This document shows, piece after piece, positions 49,061 to 63,716 of a DNA stretch of 64,000 bases; positions within the stretch are counted from its first letter, which is position 1; each line of letters begins with the position of its first letter. The position numbers and the translations under genes are program-made. Origin of the DNA: Camelus ferus (lineage: Eukaryota); the NCBI RefSeq assembly GCF_009834535.1, contig NC_045697.1, positions 113,028,001 through 113,092,000 of the forward strand, in the 5' to 3' direction. Below the pieces are notes generated by a model. It had not been told where the DNA came from and did not search any database. It was given only the letters and a program-made list of their open reading frames with translations.

Positions 49061-49790
49061 AGGTGCCTGTGTATACAGTTCCTCACAGCCTTTTCCCACC
49101 TCTTTCTACTGCCTTTCTCTCTCTCACACACACCATTAGGGGAATGCACATTTGCAGATGGGTCTCTCAAAACTTCTACTTGCAAATCATCATAAAAAAG
49201 CAGCTATCGTAAAAGAGTTAGGAAGTTTCTCCGAGAGGTCCCGAAGGGAGAAGGGGTTTGGACAAAGACAGATCCAAGGCAGCGCAGAGTGAGCTCTGGA
49301 GCGTGGACTTGGCTCCTTACGTTCCTGCTTCCTGCGTGAGACATGTCCTCTCTGGCCCCTAGCAACACGGGAGCTTTCAGAGCAAGCTACTGTGGGTTTG
49401 CCTCACACAGCACATCTCCACTTTTACATCCCAGTTCATGTGACATTTTTCCCAGAGCCTATAAAACCATAGACTTGGGATTTATTTCCTACACATTATA
49501 TTAACCAGACATACCCTGTTACAAACATTCTATAGGTAAATATCCCCTCCTGGCAAACATTATTAGTCTGTTTACCCAGAGGTTCTGTTAACACGCTGAC
49601 AAGGAGGTTTCACTGGTCCCCTGCTGTTTTCCATTTCCTTGGAGGTGTTCCCAGTTAATTAGGTGGGGAAGGAAAGGATCACAGACCAATGCTCTGACTT
49701 CTCCTACCTTGTAACACATAGGAATCTTCCAGTGTTCCCGTGAGACTGAATGAGATCATGTATACAATGTGCCTGACATGATAACCACAC

Positions 49791-50397
49791 TGTATTAGTC
49801 AGTGCGTTCCTGGAGAACAGCGCCAATAGAATATACATACGGAGAGGGAGAGAAGCAGAGAGAGAGAGAAAGAGAAAGAAGTTTTATATGAGGAATTAGC
49901 TACACAATTGTGGAGGCTGAGAATCCCACGAGATGCTGTCTGCCAGCTAGAGACCCAGGAAGAGTGGGTGGTATGGTTCAGTCCAGGTCCAAAGCCTGGG
50001 AACCAGGGGAGCCAATGGTGTAGGTCTTCATCCAGGGGCAAGAGAAAACCGATGTCCCAGCTCCATCTCCAGGCAGAAGAGGTGAATTCACCCTCCCTCC
50101 ACCTTTTGCTCTGTTCCACCCAGTGGATTGGCTGATGGCTACCCACACTGGAGAAGGCATCTGCTTTGCTGAGTCCACCAGTTGAAATCCTAATCTCAAC
50201 ACAGACGCACCAAGAAGTAACATTTAGCCAAATATCTGGGTGCCCAGTGAGGCTGACACATGAGTTTAACTATCATGGTGGGAGGGTATATAACTCAGCA
50301 GTCCAGCATGTGCTTAGCGAGCATGAGGTCCTGGGTTCAATCCTCAGCATCTCCATTAAAAAGATAAAAATAAAAATCAATAAATTCAACTATCATA
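49791..50397 (-). mobile_element. MLT2 (ERV-L) LTR with a Vic-1-like SINE (about 50277-50386) inserted at its end
   Basis: tgtattagtcag...gagaacag; atgaggaattagctacacaattgtggaggctgagaa; SINE flanked by aactatcat repeats. Confidence 0.8.
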
Positions 50398-53341
50398 AGT
50401 CTATCCTGTTAACACAGCAGCCGTGTGCAACTCCTTAATCCTTACAAATTCAAGTTTCTCTATCAGAGTTTTAGTGTGTCTATCTTAGTGAAAAACCACT
50501 TAAGAAAAAATAATTTTCTCATGTAGAACAAAACTTAAAGGACGTGAGATGAGTATATAGCACACTTCAATTCCCCCTTTGTTCCTTCCTACCTGGGCCA
50601 ATAAGTCCCCTCCCCTAGACTAGGCAACAACCATTGTTACTGGTTTCACATTGTTTACACGTTTGACGGGCTACTTTCAACATTTTTAAATGTTTGCCTT
50701 TGAAAAATTGGTGTTTAGTCTTTTTTAAGAATTCACCAGGGAGCATGAGGTTCAAATGGCGAGGACATTCTTTTATTCTCAGGAGCTGTAAATGATGAAG
50801 TAAAGAGACATAGGAAGACTGACTCTCAGTCTTGTCTCTAATTAAGCTCAGGTCAGCTTTGGCCAGGTTAGTCAATTTCTCTAATTTCAGCTACACAGTA
50901 CAGAAGATTAACCAGATGATCAGCTGTATGGTCCGTCTTACCATTTTGTGATTCCTCATACATCTTGGCACAGTTTTGGTAATGGTGCCTGGGGTCTGCT
51001 CCAGCAAGAAATTCACTTAGCAATCCAGATCCATCAGTGTTTTTTCTTCACAAATTTGCTGAGGTTGCTAACAAAAAGTCTTTGTACTGGGGAAAAAAAT
51101 CACAAAAACCTTATAAATTGCTACCTGGTCTAGTGAAATAGCACTTTTTTTTTTTTTCCCCTAGGACAGTGTGCTACCTTAAAGTGAGAAGTGAGACATT
51201 CTGTTAAGTCCTGTATTTTGGATGGAATTTAGGGTATTCTAAATTGTGAGGGTAGGACCCAGGTAACTTAAGGCTGATGGACTGACGTTTGTAAGTCCTG
51301 GGATCATTCCTGCCTGGACCAACCAGGAAATCTATTAAAAACCCTTCACCTTATGCAGAAGGAGAAAGGAAAGTTTGATATATTTTAATTTAGAAACTCT
51401 GGGAATTCCATACCCAGCAGCACACTGAGAAGGAAATTCTCTTCTAGGCTCTGGAGCTGATAAAATTAAACTTTAGCTTTAAACTTACTAAGAATGTTTC
51501 TCAGTCTCCTTTGGTGTTTAATCAAAGAAGATACGTGACGTTCAGGTAAGATGGCAAAGTCGTGCAGGCACTTCTGTTCAACTCCCTTGCCTGAACTTTA
51601 AATGGAAATAAAAATCTTTCAGGGAAGTAAATAAAATAAAACAAAGACTAAACAAAGTAAAAGAAAACCAAAAAGGAAAGGAAAGGAAAGACAGACATCT
51701 AGAGAAGAAACTTTTTCTACACTGAAATTAAGGAACAAATACAATTTCATACGGACATCTTAAATAATGTCTGCCTTATACAAAATAATTAGGACCAGAT
51801 TGACAAACAACTTCTGAGGTATGATACAAATCTCTGATTCCGAGTCCAGGGCAACAAACTAGAAATGAGGAAGTTCAGAGAGGCCCCACTGAGAACCACA
51901 CTTGAAGGCGATGGGGCTGTGGACGTGGGTGGCCCTGCCATGAGAGGACCTCTGCTTGGCATCTGTCTCTTCACTGAAGAGCAGGGGCCATTCAGGCCAG
52001 GCAGGAGAGCATTTACCATCTCACCCTTGAGACGTCTGTCTGTCCTGCTGGAGTACGTGCTGACCACGTTTGGGAAATACTCTTCACTTGGCCACCAGCA
52101 ATGCTTGGCAAACCCAGCTCCGTGTCCCCTTTCCAGCCTGGTCTCCGTGATGCCCGGGTGTGCCTCCATCAGCTGGACATTCATCAACGCTCTGTGTAAC
52201 TTCACCTTTCTTACGTTGACCCTGCTGCTTAGTATGAGTTTCTTGCTATGGTTCCTCCAGGAAAATTCACCTCTACCCTATCCTAACCTTCAATCTCTAC
52301 TTATTAGCATCTTTCTTCATCATCCTTTCTTGACCTGCTGACTTTTTCTAGGACTCTAAGATACTTTTTCCTCCTAAGAAGTCCTTCATGAAGCTTTATT
52401 CTCTTATGACATCTCACGTTTTCCCTCATAACACAGTTATTTCACTTTATGATGGAAGTAGCTTAAGGTGGAAATCATGCTGGTTTTGTATTTATTTCCC
52501 ATATCTTCTAGTACATTTCTTGTCATAAAATAATCATTCCATAAATGCTGGTGAATCCGTATTTTGGTTTTTTAAATTTGAGAATCACAGGAACATGAAA
52601 GCCTTTAACTCCTAAAAGATATATATATATTTTTTTTCTGGGAACAGTACAAATCTCAGCATAGTGAAAGCATATCTTTCAAGGTCTTGGAATTTGTCAT
52701 TGTGAAACAAGCGAAGTCCTCACTTCCCTTAGACTTTGCCAGACTTCTGATGTCATAAATACAACTCTTGACCTTGAAAGTTTATTTACAGCTCAGGTGG
52801 CTTCAAAGTTCTCTCTCAGATTTTCAATTATCTCACAGAAATTGTCTAACCTTTTCTAAGTAGAGTGATTATATGTCATTACATCATTTGGACCAGATTA
52901 TAGGCAGAATTATTTTGTAATTTTTCTTGCTCAAGTCCTTCTTATAGAGCATTATTTCTCCTTTAGTCTCTTTTCTAATGTACTATTTTACACAAAGAAG
53001 GGTGTCTGTAACATATACGTAGTTACAAAGCCTGGGGATTACAGGAAGAGACCACTTAGCCCTCACAGCTCTCCCGGCTCGCTCCTCCCCTACCCACCCC
53101 TCTACCTCTCTCTCATTGGCTGGATCTTGTGTTTATCATTCCTCCACTTTTTTTTTTTTTCCTTAAACTTTTTTATTTGGAAGTTGTTTTAAATTCCATA
53201 AAAGTTGCAAGGATAGTACAAAGAATACCCATATACTGATATATACTTACACTTATGTCTATATTTATTTGCATAGAGGTAGAAAATTAACATATATATA
53301 TTTATTCTTTTCTCAGAATCTTTTGAAGAGTAAGCTGCAGA

Positions 53342-53459
53342 GAGAGGAGGGTGTAGCTCAGTGGTAGAGCGTGTGCTTGGCATGCACAAGGTCCTGGGTT
53401 CAATCCCCAATACCTCCACTAAATAAATAAATAAACCTATTATCTTACCCCCTCCAAAA
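53342..53459 (+). mobile_element. tRNA-Ala-derived camelid SINE with 16-bp TSD
   Basis: gggtgtagctcagtggtagagcgtgtgcttggcatgcacaaggtcctgggttcaatcccc; AAGAGTAAG(C/T)TGCAGA at 53326-53341 and 53460-53475. Confidence 0.9.
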
Positions 53460-53489
53460 AAGAGTAAGTTGCAGATACCATTGCCTTCC

Positions 53490-53670
53490 TTTTTTTTTTT
53501 TTTTTTTTGGTATAGTTGATTTAAATGTTGTGTTAGTTTCAGGTGTACAGCAAAGTGATTTAATTATATGTACATGTGTATATATATTCTTTTTGAGATT
53601 TCTTTCCATTATAGGTTATTACAAGATGCTGAATACAGTTCCCTGTGCCATACAGTGGCCTTCTGTTACT
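53490..53670 (-). mobile_element. L1 3' end
   Basis: PolyT then aatgttgtgttagtttcaggtgtacagcaaagtga...ttccattataggttattacaagat. Confidence 0.8.
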
Positions 53671-55454
53671 TCTGCATATTCTGGAGTGATTTCCTAAGAA
53701 TAAAGTTTTTTTTTTTTTTTTTTACATAACCATACATAACTTTTTCCAACTTCAATAAATTTAACATTGATATAATACTGTTATCTAACTTACCCTTTAT
53801 ATGCTCAAATCCTTATTTTGGTTTGTGATTCTTTATATTTGTTATTAACACTGTATAATATAATCATATGTAAAATAATAGATAATAGAAGTTTTAACTA
53901 TTTTTAATATACTTTCCTATTAGCTCAGTGATTTCTAAATTGCTCTATCTGTATTTGGGATTTTGCATAATTGGAAAATAAATGTGATTTAATTGAAGGA
54001 ACACAGAGCTGAAGAGTCAAGAGAACCAGGGACAATTACTCAGCTTTAAGAATTTTTCCAAGTCATTGGCTTTCTTGATTGTCAAGTCTGCTTTGTGAAA
54101 TGAGGCTTATCTTTTCAACTTGTTAGTCTTGGCTCTCTTTTAAGAAATTTTTTTGTGAACCATAATCTTCTGGGATTTATACTGGCGCTGTGTGTCCAAC
54201 AGTCCTCTGACCTAGGAATTCTTTTTTCACACATAACAGATGAAGAAACAGAAGGTCAGAGAGATCTGTCTGCCTTCCAGAAGTCACACAGCCCAGAAAT
54301 GTCAGACCAAGTATCGGAACTCAGGTCTGATTCCAAATAGTTGTTGTTAACTGCTTATCAGGTCTAAACCAGACATGTCGTTTTAGCACTGATGCTCTGG
54401 TTCCACCACAACTGTTAATTCTGACCCTGATTGAATCCACTCATCCCCTCACTCCTACATTTGATCTTCTCACATTCCCTACACCTACATCACTCCTTCC
54501 TGCCACAGTGGGTTTACCCAGAGTTTCCCCCCCTCCGATTTGTCCACCCCTACATCTCCGTATCTCACCTGTCTTCACAGCCCCTCTCCTGGTCTCTTTC
54601 TCTGACGGCACTGTGGTGTCTTTTTTTCCTGAATTCCTTTTACATCTATACCTTTATCATCAATTTGGTTCTTATTGTATTTTCCCCTTAGAGTTTAAAA
54701 TGTTTCCATTAAACATTGAAAACATTAGAAAATTAAATTTTAAAAGTCTGCATTATCTCCCGGTGCTTCTGCAAGTAATCTAATGGCAAGATTTATACCA
54801 CATGTGTCTTCTTACAATACTCCATCATTATTTGATGCCGGACATGAAATGAAAGCTTAATTCCTACTGATTAAATTCCTTTTTACTGTTGATCTGCGAA
54901 TTACTTGAAAAGTTTGAAACATGACATGAGCATATGCTAATATTATTTCAGAATGTTCGCTTTCATTTGTCTTCATTCAAAAACATTTTATGTAGTAGTT
55001 TGTTAGCTTTCAGCTAGCTTTCCAAAACCATGGTCTTTCTTGTTGACCATTGGCCTACAAGAAGAGTCTACCTGCCTACAGGCTTTCAGGTGAGTTTCTC
55101 TCAACAATAATGAGTGATGCTTCCCATTAAGTGCCCATAATATGCTAGACATTATTATAATTTAATCTCATAAAATCCCCCAAAAATTGCAATTACTTCA
55201 TCATTCTATATACATCATCTTCAGTCCAGAAACAACTTATCAAGATAGTCACTACTTTTATAGAAGCCAAGTATCAAAGATATCAAGGATTTGTCAAAGA
55301 CTACCTCAGTATAGACAGAAGTTAGCACCGGGGTGTGATTTCAAAGTCTCTGATATTTCCTCATGCCACACTTTCTTTATCTTTATGTTATGCAATTTAA
55401 AAACTATATTATATAATACTAACTACTATATCTAAAATAGAGTAAAGAAACAAA

Positions 55455-55632
55455 TTTCTTCTGTATAGCATAGGGAACTATATATTTTAATAACATAAAA
55501 TGAATCAGAATATGAAAACAAATATATGTATATACACATATGACTGAAACATGATGCTGTACACTAGAAATTGACACACTGTAACTAACTATACTTCAAC
55601 AAAAATAAAATTAAAATAAATAAAAATAAAAA
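55455..55632 (+). mobile_element. L1 3' end
   Basis: ctgtatagcatagggaactata...tgactgaaacatgatgctgtacactagaaattgacaca followed by an A-rich tail. Confidence 0.8.
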
Positions 55633-58351
55633 CTTGATTATACAATGTAACATCATCATAGGTACATTTTTCCTGATACAATGTAGAGGAAGTCAGTAGT
55701 TGATGTTAAATATTTTGCTTCTTTTGCTGTACTTTCCGCATTAGTTCTATTAAACTTTTTTGATGATGTTTTAAAATTGGACGGAAAATGATCTAGATAA
55801 GAAAGAATGTAATACAGGCACTGTGAAAGAAAATCATGTCCATCCTTCATTGAAATAATACTAACTTGCCAAAATGATTTATTCTTAAAATAATTCTTTT
55901 ATCTAATGCAACAGAAAAAAACGCTTGTCTTTTTCTTGTATCAAATGCTAATACCAACATTTCTAAAATATTGGGTAATAGAATGGTTATTTCATACCAC
56001 ATGTTCATATTTATGAATCTAGCTTATTTTGTATTTTGTAACGTCAAAAGTGTTAGTTAAAAACGCAGATGGAAGTTGAAGTAAATGCATCAAAGTCAAG
56101 AAAATATGTACTCTCCATAAAAAGGACCAGAGCCAACAAACTACACATAGATTTAATTATTTTTTGGAAACTTCTCGGAAATAATTCATCCTGGAATTAT
56201 GCTTGTCAGATAGTTCATTGATTAAATCAACAAGCCAGGAAGACACAGATCCTGGAAACAGAAAATAAAGTATAATCTTAGAAACTCTAACCTGCTCTTG
56301 AGAGAGTGTCATGGTGAGAGAAATGTTACGGACTGACAGGAAGATCAAAGAGGCAGCGTACAGGGGGGAGACTGGTGTGTGACTAGGGAAAGCTGCTCTG
56401 ATCCTAGACGATTGGCCCTGGTTGCTCAGGTATGACGCAAATACAGAAAATCTCTAAAATACAGGCAATCAATTTACAAGAGAACCAAAGCTTGGCAGAT
56501 GTGCCTTTGGAACATCTGTGGGTCATAATAACAAGCTCAATAAATGTCATTTTTCTATAAAATTTACTTTCCAAAATCATCAAGAAAGGACTGGCTTCTT
56601 CAGATAATTGGTTCCAATTACTTGGTCAGGATAATATTAGCTTCCCCTCCATTTGAAATAAATTGGAATTCAGCTTACAAGTCGTGTTGTAGTCAGAGGA
56701 TCTGACCACAGGAATATGATTCAGAATTTTGGAGTGAACTCTTAAAGTTGAATTTTGTAGACTGAAAGCACAGAGACCAGACTGACCCGGGGAGATCCTC
56801 CCTCACGTAGGTCTTATTCACTCTTTCACCAGAGCTGAGGGCCACGCTAAAGAAAAGAGTAACAAAGAGTGGAGTTTTGAGTATGTCTGTCTTGTCCGTG
56901 ACCTGGAACGTGGTCTGACTCTCATGGAAACATCATATGTGTCTTTATATTTTGTCCCTTTATGGTGGAGTGAGAAGCAGAGTCCTGAAAGTGTATAATT
57001 TTATGACTGAAGGAAGAGGATTAGTGATTTTATGTTAATTTCAATGAAATATTCTTCAACAGCATTTACTGTTATTGATTTAAGTCATGTATACCCAGGG
57101 TAGTTACATAATCTATATTCATAAAATATCTTTTAAACTGTGATGAATGGATATTAAAGCACAGACATTTTCGTGCCAACACGCCCTATGACTCACTGAG
57201 GGAAATTATAATTTAAATGTCCCCTAAAAGAGCCTTCACGGACAAAGGAATAATTTAATGGCACCAGTTCTTAATCTTCTTTGACGGATGGCTTCCTTAA
57301 GTTATTCACATTTGCCATTTTCATCTACATGGCTTCATGAGAACCCAGCGACATGTAACTCACAGACTTTTGGGTTTCAGTTGTGTTGAGAAGTTTTGGG
57401 ATCATAACATAGGGCCTAAAACCTGCTGGCTTCAGAATGATATTATTATATTTGGGGGTAAATGAGCATGAAAGATAATGTTGGTCTTAGCCAAAACCAG
57501 ATGGAAATAGAGAGGAATCTGCTTGCCAGTTATAATAGTTATGAATATAGTCAAATTGCCTTTTCTCTTCCAAAAGAAGGTCTCCCCCTTTGAGGACTTT
57601 TTAGGTGGCTTATAATTGCCCTGGGCTTCCCTTTACTTGTGTTTAAGCTCGCTGCTTCCTTCTGTTCCTTATTTCACCCTGATAATTGATGGAATAGCCC
57701 AGTGAAAACAGCTATTCAGGGATGAGCTCTATAACAATCAACGTTAGTTGAGAAGGGGTCTGAAAAATCGGGAAATCCATCCCACGTAATTCAGTTTCAT
57801 CTGGTTCTTAATTTAAGAATCCCTGCAAATTCAAAATATGATAGATTCAAAACTCCTTAAACTGACTCTGGAATACCCTACAGTCACAGGAAATACTAGA
57901 CCAGAGCCGGGCGTTACCCCAAGTCAGATCCACCAGATTTCTTGACTCCATTCAAAGTGGATGAGATCTTCTGATTCGTTTTCAAGAGAAATACATGGGA
58001 AAAAGACAGGACCATAACCTTGGCAGCTGTCACAGCTCCTGATAACTGCCGTTTGTGTTTAAAATCAGATAGACATTTGCTGTGTTCTTAGAGGCAGTGT
58101 CAGTCTAATAACCCCAGGAAAGATTCACATTTTGAATAAAACCTTAAGGAAATATGTCCCCTGATTATAAGCATCAAATTAAGTCCATATAAACAAGAGA
58201 CAAAGGGGAAAGAGTTTAAATCTTTTAAGGACAAATTCCTCTTAAGAAAATTTGTTTTCTCTTGAAATGTCCTCATTAAAATAAAGACGTGATTTGCCAG
58301 ACAGATCGTGACTGGTGGGGGCAATAGTACTATTTAATAACACAGTCTTTT

Positions 58352-58472
58352 TCTTTCTTTTTAGGTTATTTATTTACTTATTTATTTATTTCTTTATGGA
58401 GGTACTGGGGATTGAACCCAGGACCTCATGCATGCTAAGCACACACTTTACCACTGAGCTACACCCTCCTTC
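58352..58472 (-). mobile_element. tRNA-Ala-derived camelid SINE with TSD
   Basis: ggaggtactggggattgaacccaggacctcatgcatgctaagc...ctgagctacaccc; CACAGTCTTTT flanks at 58341 and 58476. Confidence 0.9.
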
Positions 58473-59960
58473 CAGCACAGTCTTTTCTAATCACAGATTT
58501 AAACCAATAATGGATGCTATTAGTCCCATGTCTTTCATTTGTGGATGGGAAAAGTGGAGACCAGAGAGATTAAGTGATTTGCTTAAGACGATATCGTTTT
58601 CTAGTGATAAAAATCGGGATTTCACATAAATTCTGATTCCACACACATCCCTTTTTTCATACTAGTAAATTTATCGCAGTAAAAGGTGATAACTGCTTCC
58701 AGTGATCCTAATATTCAAATCCACCAGTGGTAATACCTAATTCTCAGCATTAACGTACCTGACAAACAAAAGGAAATATGATGAGAAGGTTGAGCAAAAG
58801 GATGTGAGTAATCTTACCTGATCAAGCCTGGAGAATTGGCCTTGCTGCTCCTACAAGAATATTTTTCTAAAAATGACTCGAATGCTCAATATCTGTCAGA
58901 TAAGTCAGCGTGTCTGTCATCTGTGTACTTCCGGAGAAACATCGGCAAATATTTATTCAATCACTCTCATTTTCACTATTCCTTATTAATTTCTCCAGAC
59001 TGTTGTCATTACAAAATATTGTGTTTGTAGACTGCTGTGATTTCCAAGGTGCAGCTTTCTGTACAGCAGCTGTATTTTTGGTAGTTGTTTACTCATCACC
59101 TTGATAACATAAGTAGAAATTTAACGTAATGTTGGATTTCACTTACTCCTTGCCCGCTGGGCATTGACTCATGGGTGCGTAAGTCTCAGATAATTGACTT
59201 TTCATGTTTCAGAATTTATCTTATCCATTAGTACTAAAGTTCTATATTAATGTATTCATGTGTGATTTATTACTCACAGATATTCACCGTGATCCACTCA
59301 AAATCGGGGCACTACAATAGATCTTTTTGGAAGCATAAAGATGACTGTGAAGTTATGGTCCCCACCGAGTTCAAAGGACACCATCTCTTAAATTAAATTT
59401 GTGCGTGAATAAATAAAGCACTGAACTGAACTCTGAACTTGGAAATCACCGAACTCTGAAGGCAATTTCTTCTAAACAAAAGATCTATCCATAAAATCGC
59501 ATATATGACAAGCAATTAGGGCAGGTAGATTCTGTATAAAAATTATTACAATTCATGAATTTGATAAGTGGTATGCATAGAGTACAAACTAAGTAACGTG
59601 GAGACACAGAGCAGTGAGAAATGCATTCCTTCATTGGAGACATAAATAGGAATGTAGGATGGGCAGTCAAGTTCTGATGGGAATTGTGTGTTTAAAGAGC
59701 TGTTGAGTTAAAGGTTTCAATATGAAGTCCAGGAAGAGTTGTTGTGTAAATACTTGAAATTGTGTTATAAAAGTAGAGGTTGAAGGTTAAGTTTCAGACT
59801 GTTTTTGTACAAACAAAAGTGGGTGTGATATCAGATGTGATTTCTGCTGTGGATTTAGATGAAACAAAGATGCTACTTTACAATTCTAACATTTTGAAAG
59901 ATATAATTATTTTAATTCTGTAGGCAGTTTTTCCATCACTTTTAAAGTATGTGATTCAAT

Positions 59961-60496
59961 ATCCATCCACAGATGACTGGATAAAGAAGCTGTGGTATAT
60001 TTATACAATGGAATACTACTGAGCCACAAAAAAGAATAAAATAATGCCATTTACAGCAACATGGATGAACCTGGAGATTGTCATTCTAAGTGAGGTAAGC
60101 CAGAAAGAGAAAGAAAAGTACCATATGTTATCACTTATATGTGGAATCTAAAAGAAAAAAAAAAGACAAACGAACTTATTTATAAAAGAGAAACAGACTC
60201 ACGGACATAGAAAGCAAACTTATAGTTACCAGGGAGGGGGTTGGGAATGGATAAATTGGGAGTTAAAGATTTGCAGATACTCACTAATATGTGTAAAATA
60301 GATAAATGACAAGTTTACACTGTATAGCACAGGGAACTATATTCAATATCTTGTAGTAACTTATGGTGAAAAAGAATATGAAAATGAATATATGTATGTT
60401 CATGTATGACTGAAGCATTGTGCTGTACACCAGAAATTGACACAACATTGTAAGCTGACTATCCTCCAATAAAATATATACATATATATATGAAAA
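59961..60496 (+). mobile_element. Young 5'-truncated L1 with 17-bp TSD
   Basis: AAAGTATGTGATTCAAT at 59944-59960 and 60497-60513, at a TTTT/AAAG endonuclease site; ORF2 tail DWIKKLWYIYTMEYY. Confidence 0.92.
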
Positions 60497-61369
60497 AAAG
60501 TATGTGATTCAATGCTTAATTCAGAAGAACTGTTCTCTGAAGCTAAGGATTTCAGGATCCAGTTCTGACTTACAATATAGAGGTGTCTCAGTGTCTTGCT
60601 AGTACAAGAAAATGTCTGTAAAACCGTAATACCCAAGGAAAATTGGAAAATGATTGAGCTTAGTACTCTGCCCTATGAGATGGTCCAGTCATGAGCCAAA
60701 AGCATGAACATCTGAGTCAAGACCTGGGTCCAGATCCTGATTCCAGCCACTTGAGTTTTTCAGAGTTTTGGGCAAGTTATTTACCTCTCTTCTAGCCTCA
60801 GCTTTTCATTGGTAACATGGGATAATAATAGCAACCTCAAATCTGGTGTGAAGATTATATTCAATTTCCATTGTAATAAGTCATGGGTGCCATTTCAGTT
60901 GCTCTTAACGTTAGCATCGTTATCGTTTTTACCTAATGGCAGACTTGCTCATTTGGAATCAACAATCTATCAGAATGGTGTTATCTGAGCTTTGTGAGAT
61001 GCAGCTATGGTAATCCAACATTGGCCAGTTGCCACATTTCAATGAATCCTCATTAGTAAGAAAATAGAGAACTCCAAATAATGACAAAGCCTCGAAATTT
61101 TTTGAAGATGTATGGATACAGTTTAGAGAATTTGCTATTAAATTCCTAAAGCCTTTGGTTTAGACCTTTGTTAGGTTAGTTTATGCAAAGCAAAAGATGC
61201 GAGTATAGAACACACTTCTTGTTATTTCTAATTTTTATTCAAGGACAAGTAATTTGTGGAAATGCATTATCTCCCTTTCTTTGGCTCTTATAATGTAAGT
61301 TCCTAATAATTAGATTTTTTCTCAGTTTATGATTATGACACACACACACATTTATCTCACACCGAGTCT

Positions 61370-61803
61370 GAGGTCAGAATTAGTTGGGTAGGCTAAGTTG
61401 CAATGACAAACAGACCCCTAAAGTTTCAGTGATTTAAAGAACAAGAAGATGATTACTTTTCTCTGTGACAGTATAGGCAGGGACCAAGGTCAGCAGAGTC
61501 CTTTCCTTTATGTGATTATTCACTGACTGGCTGACAGCTTCTCTGCCACCTTTGATATGTGGCATCTAAGGTCACACAGGGCATTGTCATCCTAGTGAGT
61601 CAGAGGGGAAAGGGACATGGCCCAACCTACATAGGAGTCTTTCTGAGTCATTCTGAATGTGGCATGTGTGACCTCCAATCATGTTCCGTTGGGTAGAACC
61701 CAGTTCACACAGCCAAACCTGACTGCACGGAAGTGGTTCTTGGTCTATGCCAAGAACAAAGAGGACAATGGATTTGAATGAACCTTTAGCAGCCTCTGCC
61801 ACA
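61370..61803 (-). mobile_element. Old MLT1 (J/K-like) LTR
   Basis: aggctaagttgcaatgacaaacagacccc...cagttcacacagccaaacctgactgca...gcctctgccaca. Confidence 0.6.
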
Positions 61804-62392
61804 TTTTTCATGGTCAAGGCAAATGCACTTAAAATGGTTTCTGTATTTGCTTGTTACTTTTGGAAGGTTTGTCAGTCATACAATTTTCTCTGCTTCAGTT
61901 TCTTGGACATGTCACCATCTGATAAAAACAAAAAAAAAGAAAGAAAGAAAGAGACAGTATATCGTAAAACTTGATGTAAGACCATTGGCAAATGTTCACA
62001 AGAGTAGGGACCAAAAGGAAAACATCTGTTAGTCTGAAAATTGACCCCTAAGTGAAACCATTAATCCATGGCAATTTCATGTTCTCTTAGGTCACCATGG
62101 TAATGAAAAGGAACAAGCTTTTCATGGGACCAAGTCTGTACTTCAGAAATATGATTCATATCAGGAATAATTTTCTTTAGTTTTCATGTTCATTTTTACA
62201 AAATGTGTGTTCTGATTTTTAACCCCTTTGCCACAGCATTGGCAATGTGTCTTCAGTGAATGGTGTTACAATTATATGCATCAGATAGTGGATCAAGTCA
62301 TGTCACTGTTTACACTTTTGTTTGCTGAAAATTCATACCCAACATACTCCTCCTTTTTTTTCCTGGATAAATTTAGACCTAGAAGCAAAATA

Positions 62393-62629
62393 CAGTTGAC
62401 CCTTGAACAACACGGGTTTGAACTGCGTGGGTCCACTTATACGTGGATTTTTCTCAACAGTAAATGTGACTGTGCTCCACCATCTGTGGTTGGCTGAATT
62501 TGATGATGTGGAACTAGGGATATGATGAACCATGGACACACAGGGCTGGAGGGACAACTAAGTTATGCAAGGATTTTGGACTACAGGGAAGGTAGGCACC
62601 CCAACCCTGCTCTGTTCAAGGGTCAACTA
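62393..62629 (+). mobile_element. MER8 (Tigger2-family MITE), full length
   Basis: TA|CAGTTGACCCTTGAAC ... GTTCAAGGGTCAACTA|TA terminal inverted repeats with TA duplication, about 237 bp. Confidence 0.85.
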
Positions 62630-63631
62630 TAAATTGATACATAAAAGAAAAATCTGAATTCATGTAGGCCAAAATTTTCTAGCTAATTCAGTGGTCTGAA
62701 TGTCATAGAAAATGGCCTTAGTTCTCTATTTTCAGGGGAAATTTTAGACAAAAGCTCTGATAGCTTGTCAGTTTGCTTTCTTGTTACTTTCTATACCTGA
62801 TCTGTGGCTGCACTTTGTTCTAACTCGGTTTTACGTGACTAGTATCCGTTCAACCTAGCAATCCCCTGATATTTATTGAGAAGCTATTATGTATAATGTG
62901 CATTAGAAATAGGTACTTTATGGGATACAAACAAACCCAAGACAAAACAAGATTCCTCCTCTGAGGGAGCGTATGATCTATTGAGGCGTCTGGACCACAA
63001 AAAGGTAATGAGAAATACTAAGTGGAAAGATAAAAATTGCTCATCAGATATTGAGTTAAAAAAGGAAAGATCACTGAGATATGTGATACAAGGAAGAGAC
63101 TTAAACTGTACACCGTTAACGTTCCCCTTGCCCACGGCATGCAAAGTGGAAGCTTTGTTATGTACATCCTGTTGCTTATTAAATCCTTCACTGCGAACAC
63201 TCACCTTGTGTGAGTATTTAGCTAAACAGAGATGGAGGAGACAAATCCAGGAAGCTTACAACCTAGTGAGAGGACAAACAGGAAATAGGCTGTTACGATA
63301 AAGTGTGACAAGTGCTGTGACGTGAAAATTGCAGCATATGATAAGGAGAGTGAGCACATTTGTGGGCAGCAAGGAAAGCTATCCAGAGAAAGTGAGTGTG
63401 CTGAGATCTAAAACGCATTTATGCCCTGTTACTATTGAAGTAGGCCTGATTTGGATAAACTCCGTTTTGCGTTCTATTTTATAATAAGATGCCTGATTCT
63501 GCCAAAGCAAACTTCTTTTGGAGAGTTTGTCGTGTTTGGGGAAAGACTTCCAAATTCATCAAACAGTCCTCCCATGAATTCCTTCTAACCATATCCAGTA
63601 AATTTGCTGGCATGAAAATGTGCTTCAGGTA

Positions 63632-63634
<3 letters not shown>

Positions 63635-63715
<81 letters not shown>
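63635..63715. repeat. (AAT)n microsatellite, about 27 units
   Basis: Perfect trinucleotide run. Confidence 0.97.

Positions 63716-63716
<1 letters not shown>

Noticed and set aside
51789..52341. 138-aa and 158-aa ORFs
   Set aside because: No recognisable homology, splice context or promoter; probably chance frames in decayed repeat DNA
53348..53418. tRNA-Ala-like sequences (also near 13770, 20120, 27055, 50280 and 58400)
   Set aside because: A-rich tails, TSDs and stem mismatches show they are SINEs, not tRNA genes
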